Of a DNA stretch of 64,000 bases, positions 40,604 to 50,319 are shown one piece after another. The stretch is from NCBI GenBank assembly GCA_965279035.1, contig OZ257142.1:1728001-1792000 (forward strand). Direction: 5' to 3'. Origin of the DNA: Bacteroidia bacterium (GTDB taxonomy: Bacteria; Bacteroidota; Bacteroidia; M30B66). The notes under the pieces were generated by a model. The model saw only the letters and a list, made by a program, of their open reading frames with translations. It had not been told where the DNA came from and did not search any database. Both the position numbers and the translations under genes were made by a program. Position 1 is the stretch's first letter; each line of letters opens with the position of its first letter.

Positions 40604-41269
40604 ATGACCAATTCAAAAAAATTGGGTGAAATAACCCTGTTATTGGCCGATAGAATTCCGCTTTTTAGTAGCGGTCTGCAACAGATATTAATGTCTGGTA
40701 ATGGATTTTCACGTGTCGATGTTGCCGAAGGTAGAAAGGAAGTCATGCAATATTTGCAGGCTTTTAAATACGATATCCTTATCATGGATACTCGACTAAA
40801 TGATTCAGAAAGCTTAGAAGTTTTACAGCATATTCGAAGACTTTATCCAAATCAGAAAGTAATTTTTTTAGGTCGAATGCGAGATCAACATTTCCTAAAA
40901 GAATGTATACAATACGGACTAAAAGGATATATACTTCGAAATTCAAGTCTTGATAAATTGCTCCTTGCTATTCAAACTGTTCATAAGGACAGCGAATATT
41001 TTTCACCCGAAGTTGCCAAAGCATTTTATCGTTTAATAGCCAATCCAATTGCTGCCGATTCGCGACAACCTTTGGAATTATTATCAAGAGAATTGGAAAT
41101 ATTGCGTCGAATTTGTGATGAAAAATGCAACGAAGAAATTGCATCTGATCTCAATATTAGCCTTTCCATGGTAAAGAAATACCGAAGCAGTTTATTATTA
41201 AAAACAGGATCTAAAAATACTGCTGGATTAATCAAATTCGCATTTCGGCAGGGAATCATGCGTCTTTAA
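40604..41269 (+). CDS. NarL/LuxR-family response regulator with atypical receiver domain
   Basis: REC-like N-terminus, LLSRELEIL...NEEIA..L.IS..V..YR..L..K.G.KN..GLI HTH. Confidence 0.88.
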   Translation: MTNSKKLGEITLLLADRIPLFSSGLQQILMSGNGFSRVDVAEGRKEVMQYLQAFKYDILIMDTRLNDSESLEVLQHIRRLYPNQKVIFLGRMRDQHFLKECIQYGLKGYILRNSSLDKLLLAIQTVHKDSEYFSPEVAKAFYRLIANPIAADSRQPLELLSRELEILRRICDEKCNEEIASDLNISLSMVKKYRSSLLLKTGSKNTAGLIKFAFRQGIMRL

Positions 41270-41494
41270 TTTGATTGGGAATTAGTTTTCAAGTAAAGGA
41301 ATTCATTTAGGCTTTTTATTCTACTAAATAATTCAATTCTTCTGTACTAAAGTCACTGCACTTTTGAACCATTTAGCCACTTGACAGCCCCTGATTAATA
41401 ATTCATCTTTGGAAAACAAATAATTAAGATTGCCCTTTAGTTTTATGTATTAGTCGTATTTATTAGTCAATTAGACGTGGAAGGATGGCCCACG

Positions 41495-41536
41495 AAAAGA
41501 GTTTCCCGTTCAGGCTTTCGTTTGATCGGGAAACTC
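41495..41536 (-). terminator. Intrinsic terminator after folE
   Basis: GAGTTTCCCG...CGGGAAACTC stem followed by TTTT on the minus strand. Confidence 0.7.
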
Positions 41537-41539
41537 ATT

Positions 41540-42160
41540 TTAATGAAGTCGGTGACTTATTAAACTTATAAATTCGGAGCGCGTTTTTTCAACTAGAAAT
41601 TCACCTGTAAAGGCAGATGTAGTAGTGACCGAGTTTTGTTTTTGTACACCACGCATTTGCATACACAAATGTTGAGCTTCAATCACAACAGCTACTCCGA
41701 GTGGATTAAGCGTATCCTGAATACAATCACGAATTTGAGTTGTTAAACGTTCCTGAACTTGCAAGCGACGAGCAAAGGCATCTACAATTCGAGGTATTTT
41801 ACTTAATCCAACAATATGTCCGTTTGGTATATAGGCTATATGTGCTTTCCCGAAAAATGGCAGCATGTGGTGCTCGCATAGTGAATACAATTCAATATCC
41901 TTTACAAGAACCATTTGTCTGTAATCCTCAGCGAACATGGCTGATTTCAATATTTCGGCAGGATCAAGATCATATCCGTGAGTTAAAAACTGCATGGCTT
42001 TCGCGACACGCTCGGGCGTTTTTTTTAAGCCTTCGCGTTCTGGATCTTCACCAATATTGGATATAATAGTCGAATAATGATTCGTTAATTCTTCTATTTT
42101 TTCGCTGTTATATCGATCAATTTTGCGATATCCTTCGGGTTGAAATTCTGTGTCTTCCAT
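41540..42160 (-). CDS. folE: GTP cyclohydrolase I
   Basis: [39 protein letters not shown]. Confidence 0.98.
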   Translation of the reverse strand: MEDTEFQPEGYRKIDRYNSEKIEELTNHYSTIISNIGEDPEREGLKKTPERVAKAMQFLTHGYDLDPAEILKSAMFAEDYRQMVLVKDIELYSLCEHHMLPFFGKAHIAYIPNGHIVGLSKIPRIVDAFARRLQVQERLTTQIRDCIQDTLNPLGVAVVIEAQHLCMQMRGVQKQNSVTTTSAFTGEFLVEKTRSEFISLISHRLH

Positions 42161-42579
42161 TATATTTCTTTTCCTAAATATTCGACATAATTATTTTCAG
42201 TCTCAAACAATTTAATACTGTGCAACACGCAGCCATTGGCTCGAATTACTTCTTCTAATTGCTCCCAAATTTTCATTGCCAAGTTTTCGGTTGATGGCAT
42301 AATTCCTTTCATGAAATCAACATCCAAGTTCAGGTTTTTATGATCCAATTTTTCAGTTACTCGTTCTTGAATGAGTGCACTTAAGATTTTAAGATCAATA
42401 ACAAATCCTGTTACCTCGCTTGGAATTCCTTTAACTGTTACATGCAAATTGAAATTATGCCCATGCCAGTTTGTATTAGCGCATTTGCCAAATACTTCCC
42501 GGTTCTTTTCTTCCGACCACTCTGGACGCGCTAATTTATGAGCAGCATTAAAGTGTTCCTTCCGTGTAATGTAAATCAT
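42160..42579 (-). CDS. queD: 6-pyruvoyl-tetrahydropterin synthase/QueD family protein (CX5HGH type)
   Basis: [32 protein letters not shown]; overlaps the folE start; TATCTTTG promoter at 42596-42603. The family is secure; the queD subtype is doubtful. Confidence 0.75.
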   Translation of the reverse strand: MIYITRKEHFNAAHKLARPEWSEEKNREVFGKCANTNWHGHNFNLHVTVKGIPSEVTGFVIDLKILSALIQERVTEKLDHKNLNLDVDFMKGIMPSTENLAMKIWEQLEEVIRANGCVLHSIKLFETENNYVEYLGKEI

Positions 42580-42889
42580 TCGAGTTGAGTTGCCGCAAAG
42601 ATAAGGAGGTTCTCTTTGGAAACTATTGATTGGGAAAATATGTCATTTAAGCTTAATGCTTTGTTTTATAAATATCGCTAATAGACATCTTAATTGTATT
42701 GTATCTAAAAGTAGATTTCAATGAATAAACTTTATACGATGCAAAAGAAAATTAGAATTATCAAAATGAAAAGGATGCTTCTATTTTATTTAATTAATCT
42801 ATTAATTGATTGAATCCAATTCAACTATTTTTATTTCTGAAATCTAACTTTCATTATTGTGATTAAAAAGAAATCGATTTTATTAAAAC

Positions 42890-42916
42890 AAAAAAGTCGG
42901 AGATTTCTCCCCGACT
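42890..42916 (-). terminator. Intrinsic terminator
   Basis: AGTCGG...CCGACT stem followed by a T-tract on the minus strand. Confidence 0.65.
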
Positions 42917-42940
42917 AATTGTTCAAATTATGCTATCGAA

Positions 42941-43975
42941 TTACATGACAATAAATCTTCTCATACCTGAAGAATTCTTGTCTGAAAGACGCAATACATA
43001 AGATCCTGATTCAATTCCATCTAAGTGGAAATTAATTAGCATTGATTGTTGATTACTAATATTAATCTTTCTAATTAGTTGTCCTGTAATGGAGAAAATT
43101 TCAGCACTTAAATTTTCTGTTGTAGAAGCTGGAAGTTGAATAAATAATTGATCTTTTGCTGGGTTTGGGTAAACATTAAAATCCAATTGATCACTTATAT
43201 TCTCAATTCCTACAGTAGGTACTGAACTCACTGTTCCAGAAACTGTTTCATTGCCATCAACTGAAAAAGTTGTTTGTGATAAAAGCGAAGCACCTTTGCT
43301 TTGAGCAGAAACCCAATTGTAAATAGTAGATTCATATTCATACACTTGTGGTGTACCTCCGAAATTAATGCTGTCAGAATAAATTTGAATCGTTTTAATT
43401 CGAAGAACATTAGTGAAAGTTCCTAATGGAGTAGTTAATGTTCCATATCCATCGCAAATTACTGTTTGACTACCTTCTCGAAAGTATGTATAAGATGTAC
43501 CTCCAACTGATGTAGTTGTTGTTCCTCCAATTGGTTGAGTGAAACTTGAATTGAATGTAAATGGGAAACGGAAAAGATCCATGTCAGGAGTAAACTGTGA
43601 TACAGTTTCGCTTCCTGCTTGCGATATATAAACACCATCAATTGCAAAAGAATTAGATGTTGCCTTCAAATACGTATAACCAGTAGTACCTCCCATGGAA
43701 GTAACTGATTGACATAAATTTGCTTGTGGGAAGTTTGACATACCTGGTTTACCAGCTGGATTCATGAATGTATTATTCGTTTCATTTTCAACGATAATAT
43801 TAGCAAAGTTCCAAGTCGAATTAGCTCCAGTAGAAGTGATATCAATCGAACTTGGATTTGTTACATCTTTTGTTAGAAAGGTATAACTGACATTATACAT
43901 ATCAGTACTGTTAAAAGTTGGCTGAGCCGATAGTACTGAACTCAATAGTACAAATAGGAGTAGAGGGTTTTTCAT
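42941..43975 (-). CDS. T9SS-secreted hypothetical protein
   Basis: Signal peptide, GAN.TWNF, DGYGTL.TP.GTF.NVLR, VYPNPA...GSYVLRL. Confidence 0.85.
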   Translation of the reverse strand: MKNPLLLFVLLSSVLSAQPTFNSTDMYNVSYTFLTKDVTNPSSIDITSTGANSTWNFANIIVENETNNTFMNPAGKPGMSNFPQANLCQSVTSMGGTTGYTYLKATSNSFAIDGVYISQAGSETVSQFTPDMDLFRFPFTFNSSFTQPIGGTTTTSVGGTSYTYFREGSQTVICDGYGTLTTPLGTFTNVLRIKTIQIYSDSINFGGTPQVYEYESTIYNWVSAQSKGASLLSQTTFSVDGNETVSGTVSSVPTVGIENISDQLDFNVYPNPAKDQLFIQLPASTTENLSAEIFSITGQLIRKINISNQQSMLINFHLDGIESGSYVLRLSDKNSSGMRRFIVM

Positions 43976-44393
43976 ATTAGTTTAAGTTTAAACAAATATA
44001 ACAATTGAAAAAGGTTAACAAAACGTATAGTAATTTATATAGCCAACTGAATAAAAGTAATATGAACAGAGGATATTGCTATGAATGGTTTTAAAATTAT
44101 GTTTGATTTACTCATTATTGAATTATTTTCATTAATGAATGATTTAATAAACAAATCGTGAATATTGACTAGTATTATTATTTATCAAATACTATTCACT
44201 TGTTATAAATGGCTATAAAACTCAGCATTTTAACAATTATTTTAATAGATAAATCATTCAGATTTCCATTAAATCAATATCATTCTTCTTATTAAATCAA
44301 CTTGTTCTTTTACATTACATAAGTATTCAGATTTTATTGTGACGGATAAATTCTTTCTTAATAAGTAGTATTCAAATTATTTTCATTTTCTTC

Positions 44394-44417
44394 CTAACGT
44401 TTTCAAATTGCTCCGTC
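44394..44417 (+). promoter_or_regulatory. Possible ECF-sigma promoter (AAC...CGTC)
   Basis: CTAAC-N15-CGTC about 30 bp upstream of an operon encoding an ECF sigma factor; the spacer is slightly short. Confidence 0.35.
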
Positions 44418-44446
44418 ATTAGGGTGTACACAAACTCAACTGCGTT

Positions 44447-45259
44447 ATGAAAATCTTTAATACGCTCTTCTTAATCCTGATTGCTGGCGGATTTCTGCCT
44501 ACACATGCTCAATCTAAAGTGACTGAAACTTCACCTTGGACAATTCGACTGAATGCAGGAATACAATCGTTCTCCACTTCGGGAATTGCTAAAAGTCGAA
44601 ATCAAGTGAATTTTGAATCTTCATCATTTGCAGCGAATGCTCCAACCTACACGCAGGAAAGTGGAATAGTGGGGCTTGCGCTTGAAGCAGCTGTTTTATA
44701 CCGTATAAAGCCAGCTATGCGTCTTGGAATGATGATGAATGCCTTTCGGGATGATGACGAATATATAGGTCAGACGGATAAAGCAATGAGTATTTCTCAA
44801 ATTCTTACCGATTCTTTGCATTCACTTAGCATTCGAAATATGCAATCGTATATCAACCTAGGACTGAATTATGAATATGATTTTATACTTCCATCTCACG
44901 ATCGACATAAGATTACGCTTGGACTTGCTAGCGGTTTAACAATCAATCGAACTCCCGATCGAACAGAATATGATGTGTTTAATGATCGACATTATGTGAA
45001 GTTTCCAGTGAATGGATCTAGCGATGATTGGTATATCACGCATACGCATTTTTATTCTGGATGGTTTGTAATGCCATCGATTGCTTATGGATTTAAGGTA
45101 TGGAAAAATAACTGGATTCAATTTTCAATTGCTACATCCATGCATCGATTATCAAGTGCCGGACAAGTAGAAATTCTTGATAAAGTATCCTCGGGAAGTC
45201 TTGATAAGACGCCCTATTCACTCCGTTCAATACAGTACAAAATTGGATATTCATTTTAA
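44447..45259 (+). CDS. Outer-membrane beta-barrel protein
   Basis: Signal peptide; terminal YKIGYSF beta-signal. Confidence 0.75.
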   Translation: MKIFNTLFLILIAGGFLPTHAQSKVTETSPWTIRLNAGIQSFSTSGIAKSRNQVNFESSSFAANAPTYTQESGIVGLALEAAVLYRIKPAMRLGMMMNAFRDDDEYIGQTDKAMSISQILTDSLHSLSIRNMQSYINLGLNYEYDFILPSHDRHKITLGLASGLTINRTPDRTEYDVFNDRHYVKFPVNGSSDDWYITHTHFYSGWFVMPSIAYGFKVWKNNWIQFSIATSMHRLSSAGQVEILDKVSSGSLDKTPYSLRSIQYKIGYSF

Positions 45260-45277
45260 TTAAAAGAATACGAAATC

Positions 45278-46141
45278 ATGAGAAATTATAGTATTTATTG
45301 TGTTCTTTTTTTGATGATGACGAGCACGTGTTTGAAAGCTCAAGTGCAACGCGATCAGGATTTGGTGACTTTGAAAAACGGATATCAATTGTTGGGGTAT
45401 GTGATAGAACAACGCCCGGGTAAGTTGATTAAGGTGTATCGCCCAGTTGAAAACGATACGGTAGAAGTGGCTCTCACGGATGTGGCGAAACTGACGAAAA
45501 TTTGGGTTCAACCTTTTTCAGAAAAGAAAATGGAAGCTCGCGATTCGATAATTCCAGGAAGATTTAATAACAAGAAGAATGTCTTTACTGTAACTTATGT
45601 TTGGCAGGTGTTGGATATTGAGCAGAAGGCGCGTAGAGGACTTGGTTTTTCTTGGAACAGAAGTATTTCGAGAAATTATCAAGCTGGATTGGGTACAATC
45701 GTGTTTGGTCGACAAAATCCCATGCCGCAACGAAGCGAATGGTTTACTTCTTTTGTGAATCATTCTTTTATGCAGGTTCATGTTTTATTCTCAAATCAAA
45801 TTAGGTTAGGGAAAAAGGTTCAGAACCATCGATTTTCAACGCTCTTAAGTGTAAATCCAGGTTGGGTGATTGATAGAACGAAAACCACATTTAATTCAGG
45901 TGATGGTGATCTTAAATTGGGGTATGAGCAATCTCGTGGTGGTTTTACATTTCAAACGGGAATTGTTTTTCGGATAAATCCAGATAATCAATCAGGATTT
46001 GCTTTGGAACCTGGTTATTCATTTTATGGTCATCAGGTAAAGCAATTTGCTAGTGAGCCAGGCACGGCGGGCTCGACCTATCTCGGTTTTCGACGTGAAA
46101 TGAACCACCTTTTTACGCTCAAGCTTTCGTATTTCTTTTAA
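45278..46141 (+). CDS. Outer-membrane beta-barrel protein with N-terminal LKNG...G.VIE domain
   Basis: Signal peptide, DLVTLKNG..LLG.VIEQ.PG, terminal LKLSYFF. Confidence 0.75.
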   Translation: MRNYSIYCVLFLMMTSTCLKAQVQRDQDLVTLKNGYQLLGYVIEQRPGKLIKVYRPVENDTVEVALTDVAKLTKIWVQPFSEKKMEARDSIIPGRFNNKKNVFTVTYVWQVLDIEQKARRGLGFSWNRSISRNYQAGLGTIVFGRQNPMPQRSEWFTSFVNHSFMQVHVLFSNQIRLGKKVQNHRFSTLLSVNPGWVIDRTKTTFNSGDGDLKLGYEQSRGGFTFQTGIVFRINPDNQSGFALEPGYSFYGHQVKQFASEPGTAGSTYLGFRREMNHLFTLKLSYFF

Positions 46142-46153
46142 CGATTTTCGAGC

Positions 46154-46699
46154 GTGAAGGAGATTTCCATCGAGGAAGACCTTGTTGAAGGCTGCAAGCA
46201 ACGCAAGGCGGATGCTCAGGAAGCGGTTTACAGGAAGGCGTATGCTCCTTTTATGCAGATATGTTTGCGCTATACAGGTAATTACGAGGACGCTGTAAAT
46301 GTATTACAAGATTCATTTCTGAAAATATTTACCCGTGTGGATGCCTATACTGGAAAGGGTGCTTTTGTTGGATGGATGAAACGGATTGTAGTCAATTCTG
46401 CGATTGATTTTGTTAGGAAGCAAAAGCAGGAAAGTATCGTCTCGCTCGAAAAAGCAGGTGAGTTAGCCGAAGAGGTGGATTCAGAAAAAGAATGGCTTGT
46501 GGATGAGAAACAGCTTATTCAAACGATTTCGGAATTACCTGCAATGCATAAACTGGTTTTTAACCTGTTCGTAATGGACGATTGTTCGCATAAGGAAATT
46601 GCCGAACGTTTGTCAATATCAGTGTCTACGTCGAAGTGGTATCTATTTGATGCCCGAAAAATATTGCAAAAAAAATTAGCTATTTATCTCTATGACTAA
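46154..46699 (+). CDS. ECF RNA polymerase sigma-70 factor
   Basis: LQDSFLKIF, WMKRIVVN.AID, LP...VFNL......HKEIAERL.IS..TSK. Confidence 0.93.
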   Translation: MKEISIEEDLVEGCKQRKADAQEAVYRKAYAPFMQICLRYTGNYEDAVNVLQDSFLKIFTRVDAYTGKGAFVGWMKRIVVNSAIDFVRKQKQESIVSLEKAGELAEEVDSEKEWLVDEKQLIQTISELPAMHKLVFNLFVMDDCSHKEIAERLSISVSTSKWYLFDARKILQKKLAIYLYD

Positions 46700-47180
46700 C
46701 CTTCATTCAGAACCGGTAGATCAGTTGTTCCGAAGCGAGTTTGATCGCATCGAGGTTCGTTATAATCCAGTGCATTGGGAACAAATGCAAACACTTCTTG
46801 CTCAAGTGCCAGCGGTGGAGATTAAACAGGATTCATCTGATTCAAACTTGATTAAATCTGTGTTGAAGGCGAAATTGTTTTGGCTTGTTATAGCAGTTTT
46901 GGGGCTTGGCTTAATACTTTTGTTATTCAACAGAATTAATAAACCAGAATCAATTAAGGAAAACAAACTGAAACCAGAATTACCCACTTCTAAACAAGAA
47001 GTTTCTCCACAATTGAATACTTCAAAAACCTGGACTTCAACCCCTGTTGAAACTGAACAAGGAATTAATCAAATAATAACACAAGACACCATTCTTAAAC
47101 GAAAAGCTGTGTTGGATTCTCTGGGCAAAGGAATAAAAGATACAACCAATGGAACGCTAGATAATTTTATTTTTTGGTAA
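46692..47180 (+). CDS. Putative anti-sigma factor (single TM)
   Basis: Overlaps the sigma stop; D.LFR...W..M N-domain, TM helix, low-complexity tail. Confidence 0.65.
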   Translation: MTNLHSEPVDQLFRSEFDRIEVRYNPVHWEQMQTLLAQVPAVEIKQDSSDSNLIKSVLKAKLFWLVIAVLGLGLILLLFNRINKPESIKENKLKPELPTSKQEVSPQLNTSKTWTSTPVETEQGINQIITQDTILKRKAVLDSLGKGIKDTTNGTLDNFIFW

Positions 47181-47375
47181 AAAAATGACTGAATTTATTG
47201 GAAGAAAAAATAGTGCATTTAAATATTTTAAATTGGTAATTAATTTTGTTTGTTAATCTCATACTAGGTGAATTAATTTGAATTAACCGTTCTTATAAAA
47301 CACAGCATAATAGCTTAACTTCCTTTGAACATAGGCTACATTGATTAACTCGTTGCTTTGCTATTTTAAAAAGTT

Positions 47376-47784
47376 TAACGTGTTGTGCGGTTGAATTATC
47401 AATATATTTTTTTTCAAACCAATCAATGAAATAAGGCTGTTAATGCTTCTTGTCTGTATATCATTCATGTTTGTCTACGACGTATTACTTTCTTGTCTTA
47501 ACACACGCTTCGACAAGCTCAGCGTGCATGCAAAGAAGGTCAAGTCTGGACGATGCTGAATACGCTCAAGGCCTTTTTTCGACCATTTTGCTCGGATAAG
47601 CTTTTTTCTCATCTATGTCGAAACACACCCTCGCCGCCCAGACAAAGCCATCGCACTGATCCGTTTTAAACCTAATTTTACATTAAAATAATTTTATTTA
47701 AAAGCCTTTCTCAAGTGTTGAAAATTAACATATGCGATTAACATTATTGAAGATTATATTTAATTTTTAACCGCACAACGGGTA
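47376..47784. repeat. ~410-bp MITE-like/structured dispersed repeat, copy 1
   Basis: Imperfect terminal IRs (GTTGTGCGGTT / AACCGCACAAC); homologous to 58692-58845 (inverted) and to 62609-62830. Confidence 0.75.
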
Positions 47785-47929
47785 AGGTTTAATTAATAAA
47801 AAGCATTATTTAATGAGTATTGCACGATGCTTCATTGAACCTATTTCCTTTCTACTTTGGACTATAAAATGAGTTTTCCAATTATTAAATTTCTTTATAT
47901 GTTTGAAGAAAATTATACACAATGCTATT

Positions 47930-49900
47930 ATGAAAAAGTTCTACAGTTTCTTGTTCGCATTACTAACAACCGCTACTGTTTCACATGCTCAATGGACAAA
48001 TGATCCAAGTAATCCTCAGGTGGTTTGTAATGCAGCCAATGTGCAAAACAAAGTCACTACGATTTCCGATGGTGCTGGTGGTGTGTTTGTGTTTTGGCTT
48101 GATGGCAGAGACAATAATAACCACGATGTATATGGACAACACTACGATAGCATGGGCACTATATTGTGGGATGTAAACGGCAGAGAGGTGATGAATTATG
48201 TTCCAGATATTGTTGCTTATAAATTAATTGCTGATCCTTCAGATAACTCATTCATAATTGCTTCTATTACGCATCAGGCAAATTTTATTGATTCAGCTCG
48301 AGTATCTAAAATAGATTCTGATGGTGCTCCAGTTTGGACTAATGATATTATTGCAGGAGTGTCTTCTGGTTGCTCAGGAACTTCGATTATTTATCTCGAT
48401 AATATTGCTTTGTTAAAAGACAATGCAGCATATACTGTTATGATGACAGTTACATATTGTGGAGGTTCTAATGGAAACAGAATTGGACATTTTACTTCGA
48501 ATGGAACATATACAAGTAGTTTGAGTGGAGATCCCGAAGGTGATCAGAATTATAACGGAAGTCAGGCAATTGCAGCCACTGAAGATGGTACTAATGACGT
48601 GTATTTGTATTATTCGAACGGAAATGGTTCAGGTGCTCATGGTTCTTGTTTAAGAGTATCTGCAGCAGGCGCCACAATCTGGGGACCTGTAGATGTATTA
48701 AATGGTACAAATGGATTGAATTATGAATATCGAGCAGTAAGTGATGCTAGCGGAATTGCATTTGCTTTTGTTTCGACCGGTACTGGTGGAAACCGTGATA
48801 TTTTTCTACGTAAAATTGATTCAGCCGGAAATTGGGCATGGAGCAATTCTATAACTACAGTGTGTAGTGCAGTGAATGACCAAGATAATTTCTACCTTAC
48901 ACAGGATGCTAATTATTATTATTTAATATGGGATGATGCTCGATCAACTGCATGTGGAAATTATTATATCTATTCACAAAAAATAAATAAATCAACAGGT
49001 GCAGTTGAATGGGCTAGCGATGGAATGCTTGTTTTTAACCAATGTACGTATATACCGTATCCCAAAATGTTGCCTCTTCAAAATGGAAAAATCATGATTG
49101 CCAATGAAAGTACCGATGCAACAAATACTTTTTTGGTAAACAAAATCAATGAAGACGGAACTACTGCTTGGACTACTCCAATTACTATTTCCAATTCGAG
49201 TCATGCACCTTTTTATGAAGATTATACTATGGTTGAATCAACTGCAAATAAAATAGTTGCTTGGAGTGATAACAACGAAGTTTATATCTGTAGAATAATT
49301 CAACCTACTATTAATGTTGATTATACTGTATCAGCTTGTTCTGAACTACTTGCATTTGGTCAAACATTCACTCAGAGCGGAACATACACCATCAATTTAA
49401 ATGAAGATACTACTATTACTTTGAACGCTACAATTGATCATCTTGATATTACTGTAACTCAAGATGGATTTAACTTAACGGCCAATCAAGCGGGTGCTCA
49501 GTACGATTGGATTAATTGTAACGGAAATAGTTCAACTGGAATTACGACACAGAATTTCACTGCACCTGATACTGGATATTATGCTGTAGTTCTTAATTAT
49601 GGTACTTGTGGAGCTACTTCCGATTGTATTCATGTATTACCTGATTTTGTTTCTCCACTAAATACTTCTTATGCTATAACTGCATTTCCAAATCCTTTTT
49701 CAAATTCATTTATGATAACGAATGCCAAAGGATATCACATTTCGGTTTATGATGTTTCAGGAAGAATTGTGTTGGAAAAAAACATAGTTGCTGATAGCGA
49801 AAATATTTTAGCTTCTGATATCAAGAATGGTAACTATTTCTGTCGTTTTACCAATAGATCAACCTCCTTTGTGAAAATGATTACTAAAATATCTGAGTAA
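47930..49900 (+). CDS. T9SS-secreted protein (propeller-like repeats)
   Basis: Signal peptide, SDGAGG.FVFW.DGR...DVYGQ repeats, FPNPF...GNYFCR. Confidence 0.85.
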   Translation: MKKFYSFLFALLTTATVSHAQWTNDPSNPQVVCNAANVQNKVTTISDGAGGVFVFWLDGRDNNNHDVYGQHYDSMGTILWDVNGREVMNYVPDIVAYKLIADPSDNSFIIASITHQANFIDSARVSKIDSDGAPVWTNDIIAGVSSGCSGTSIIYLDNIALLKDNAAYTVMMTVTYCGGSNGNRIGHFTSNGTYTSSLSGDPEGDQNYNGSQAIAATEDGTNDVYLYYSNGNGSGAHGSCLRVSAAGATIWGPVDVLNGTNGLNYEYRAVSDASGIAFAFVSTGTGGNRDIFLRKIDSAGNWAWSNSITTVCSAVNDQDNFYLTQDANYYYLIWDDARSTACGNYYIYSQKINKSTGAVEWASDGMLVFNQCTYIPYPKMLPLQNGKIMIANESTDATNTFLVNKINEDGTTAWTTPITISNSSHAPFYEDYTMVESTANKIVAWSDNNEVYICRIIQPTINVDYTVSACSELLAFGQTFTQSGTYTINLNEDTTITLNATIDHLDITVTQDGFNLTANQAGAQYDWINCNGNSSTGITTQNFTAPDTGYYAVVLNYGTCGATSDCIHVLPDFVSPLNTSYAITAFPNPFSNSFMITNAKGYHISVYDVSGRIVLEKNIVADSENILASDIKNGNYFCRFTNRSTSFVKMITKISE

Positions 49901-49917
49901 ATTATAATCCGAATTTT

Positions 49918-49954
49918 AAACGCTCCTTCTGTTAATGGTTGGGGCGTTTTTTTT
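49918..49954 (+). terminator. Intrinsic terminator
   Basis: AAACGCTCC...GGGGCGTTT followed by a T-tract. Confidence 0.7.
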
Positions 49955-50319
49955 GCTTGAATAATTTATCTTTAAAAAGCGATGATGAAAAGGAATTTAA
50001 GCTTTTGCTTTTTTTATTTCAAGTTATTCAATTCAAATTCCCCAACATGAAGCCGATGCGAAATAAATGGCAAAAGATCCATTAAGAGGAAAAGCAATTG
50101 AAAATAAAATATTTTAGGGGAATAATCTGGCTTAGAATCGGATGATTTGCTATATTGTCATTCATTGCATTATGATACGAAGGTGATGTATAAGGATTTT
50201 AAGCTGGTATTTGTAAGTAAAAATGAGACGATGTAGGTGGCAAGGTTTTGAGGTAGAAGGAGGTTGAATAAGACAGTGGATTGTATTAAAGACAGGGCAA
50301 TAGAAGAATTATAATGAAC

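Noticed and set aside
50170-50310. Purine-skewed intergenic stretch and 71-aa minus-strand ORF
   Set aside because: The ORF starts inside the IS end; no repeat or structure could be supported
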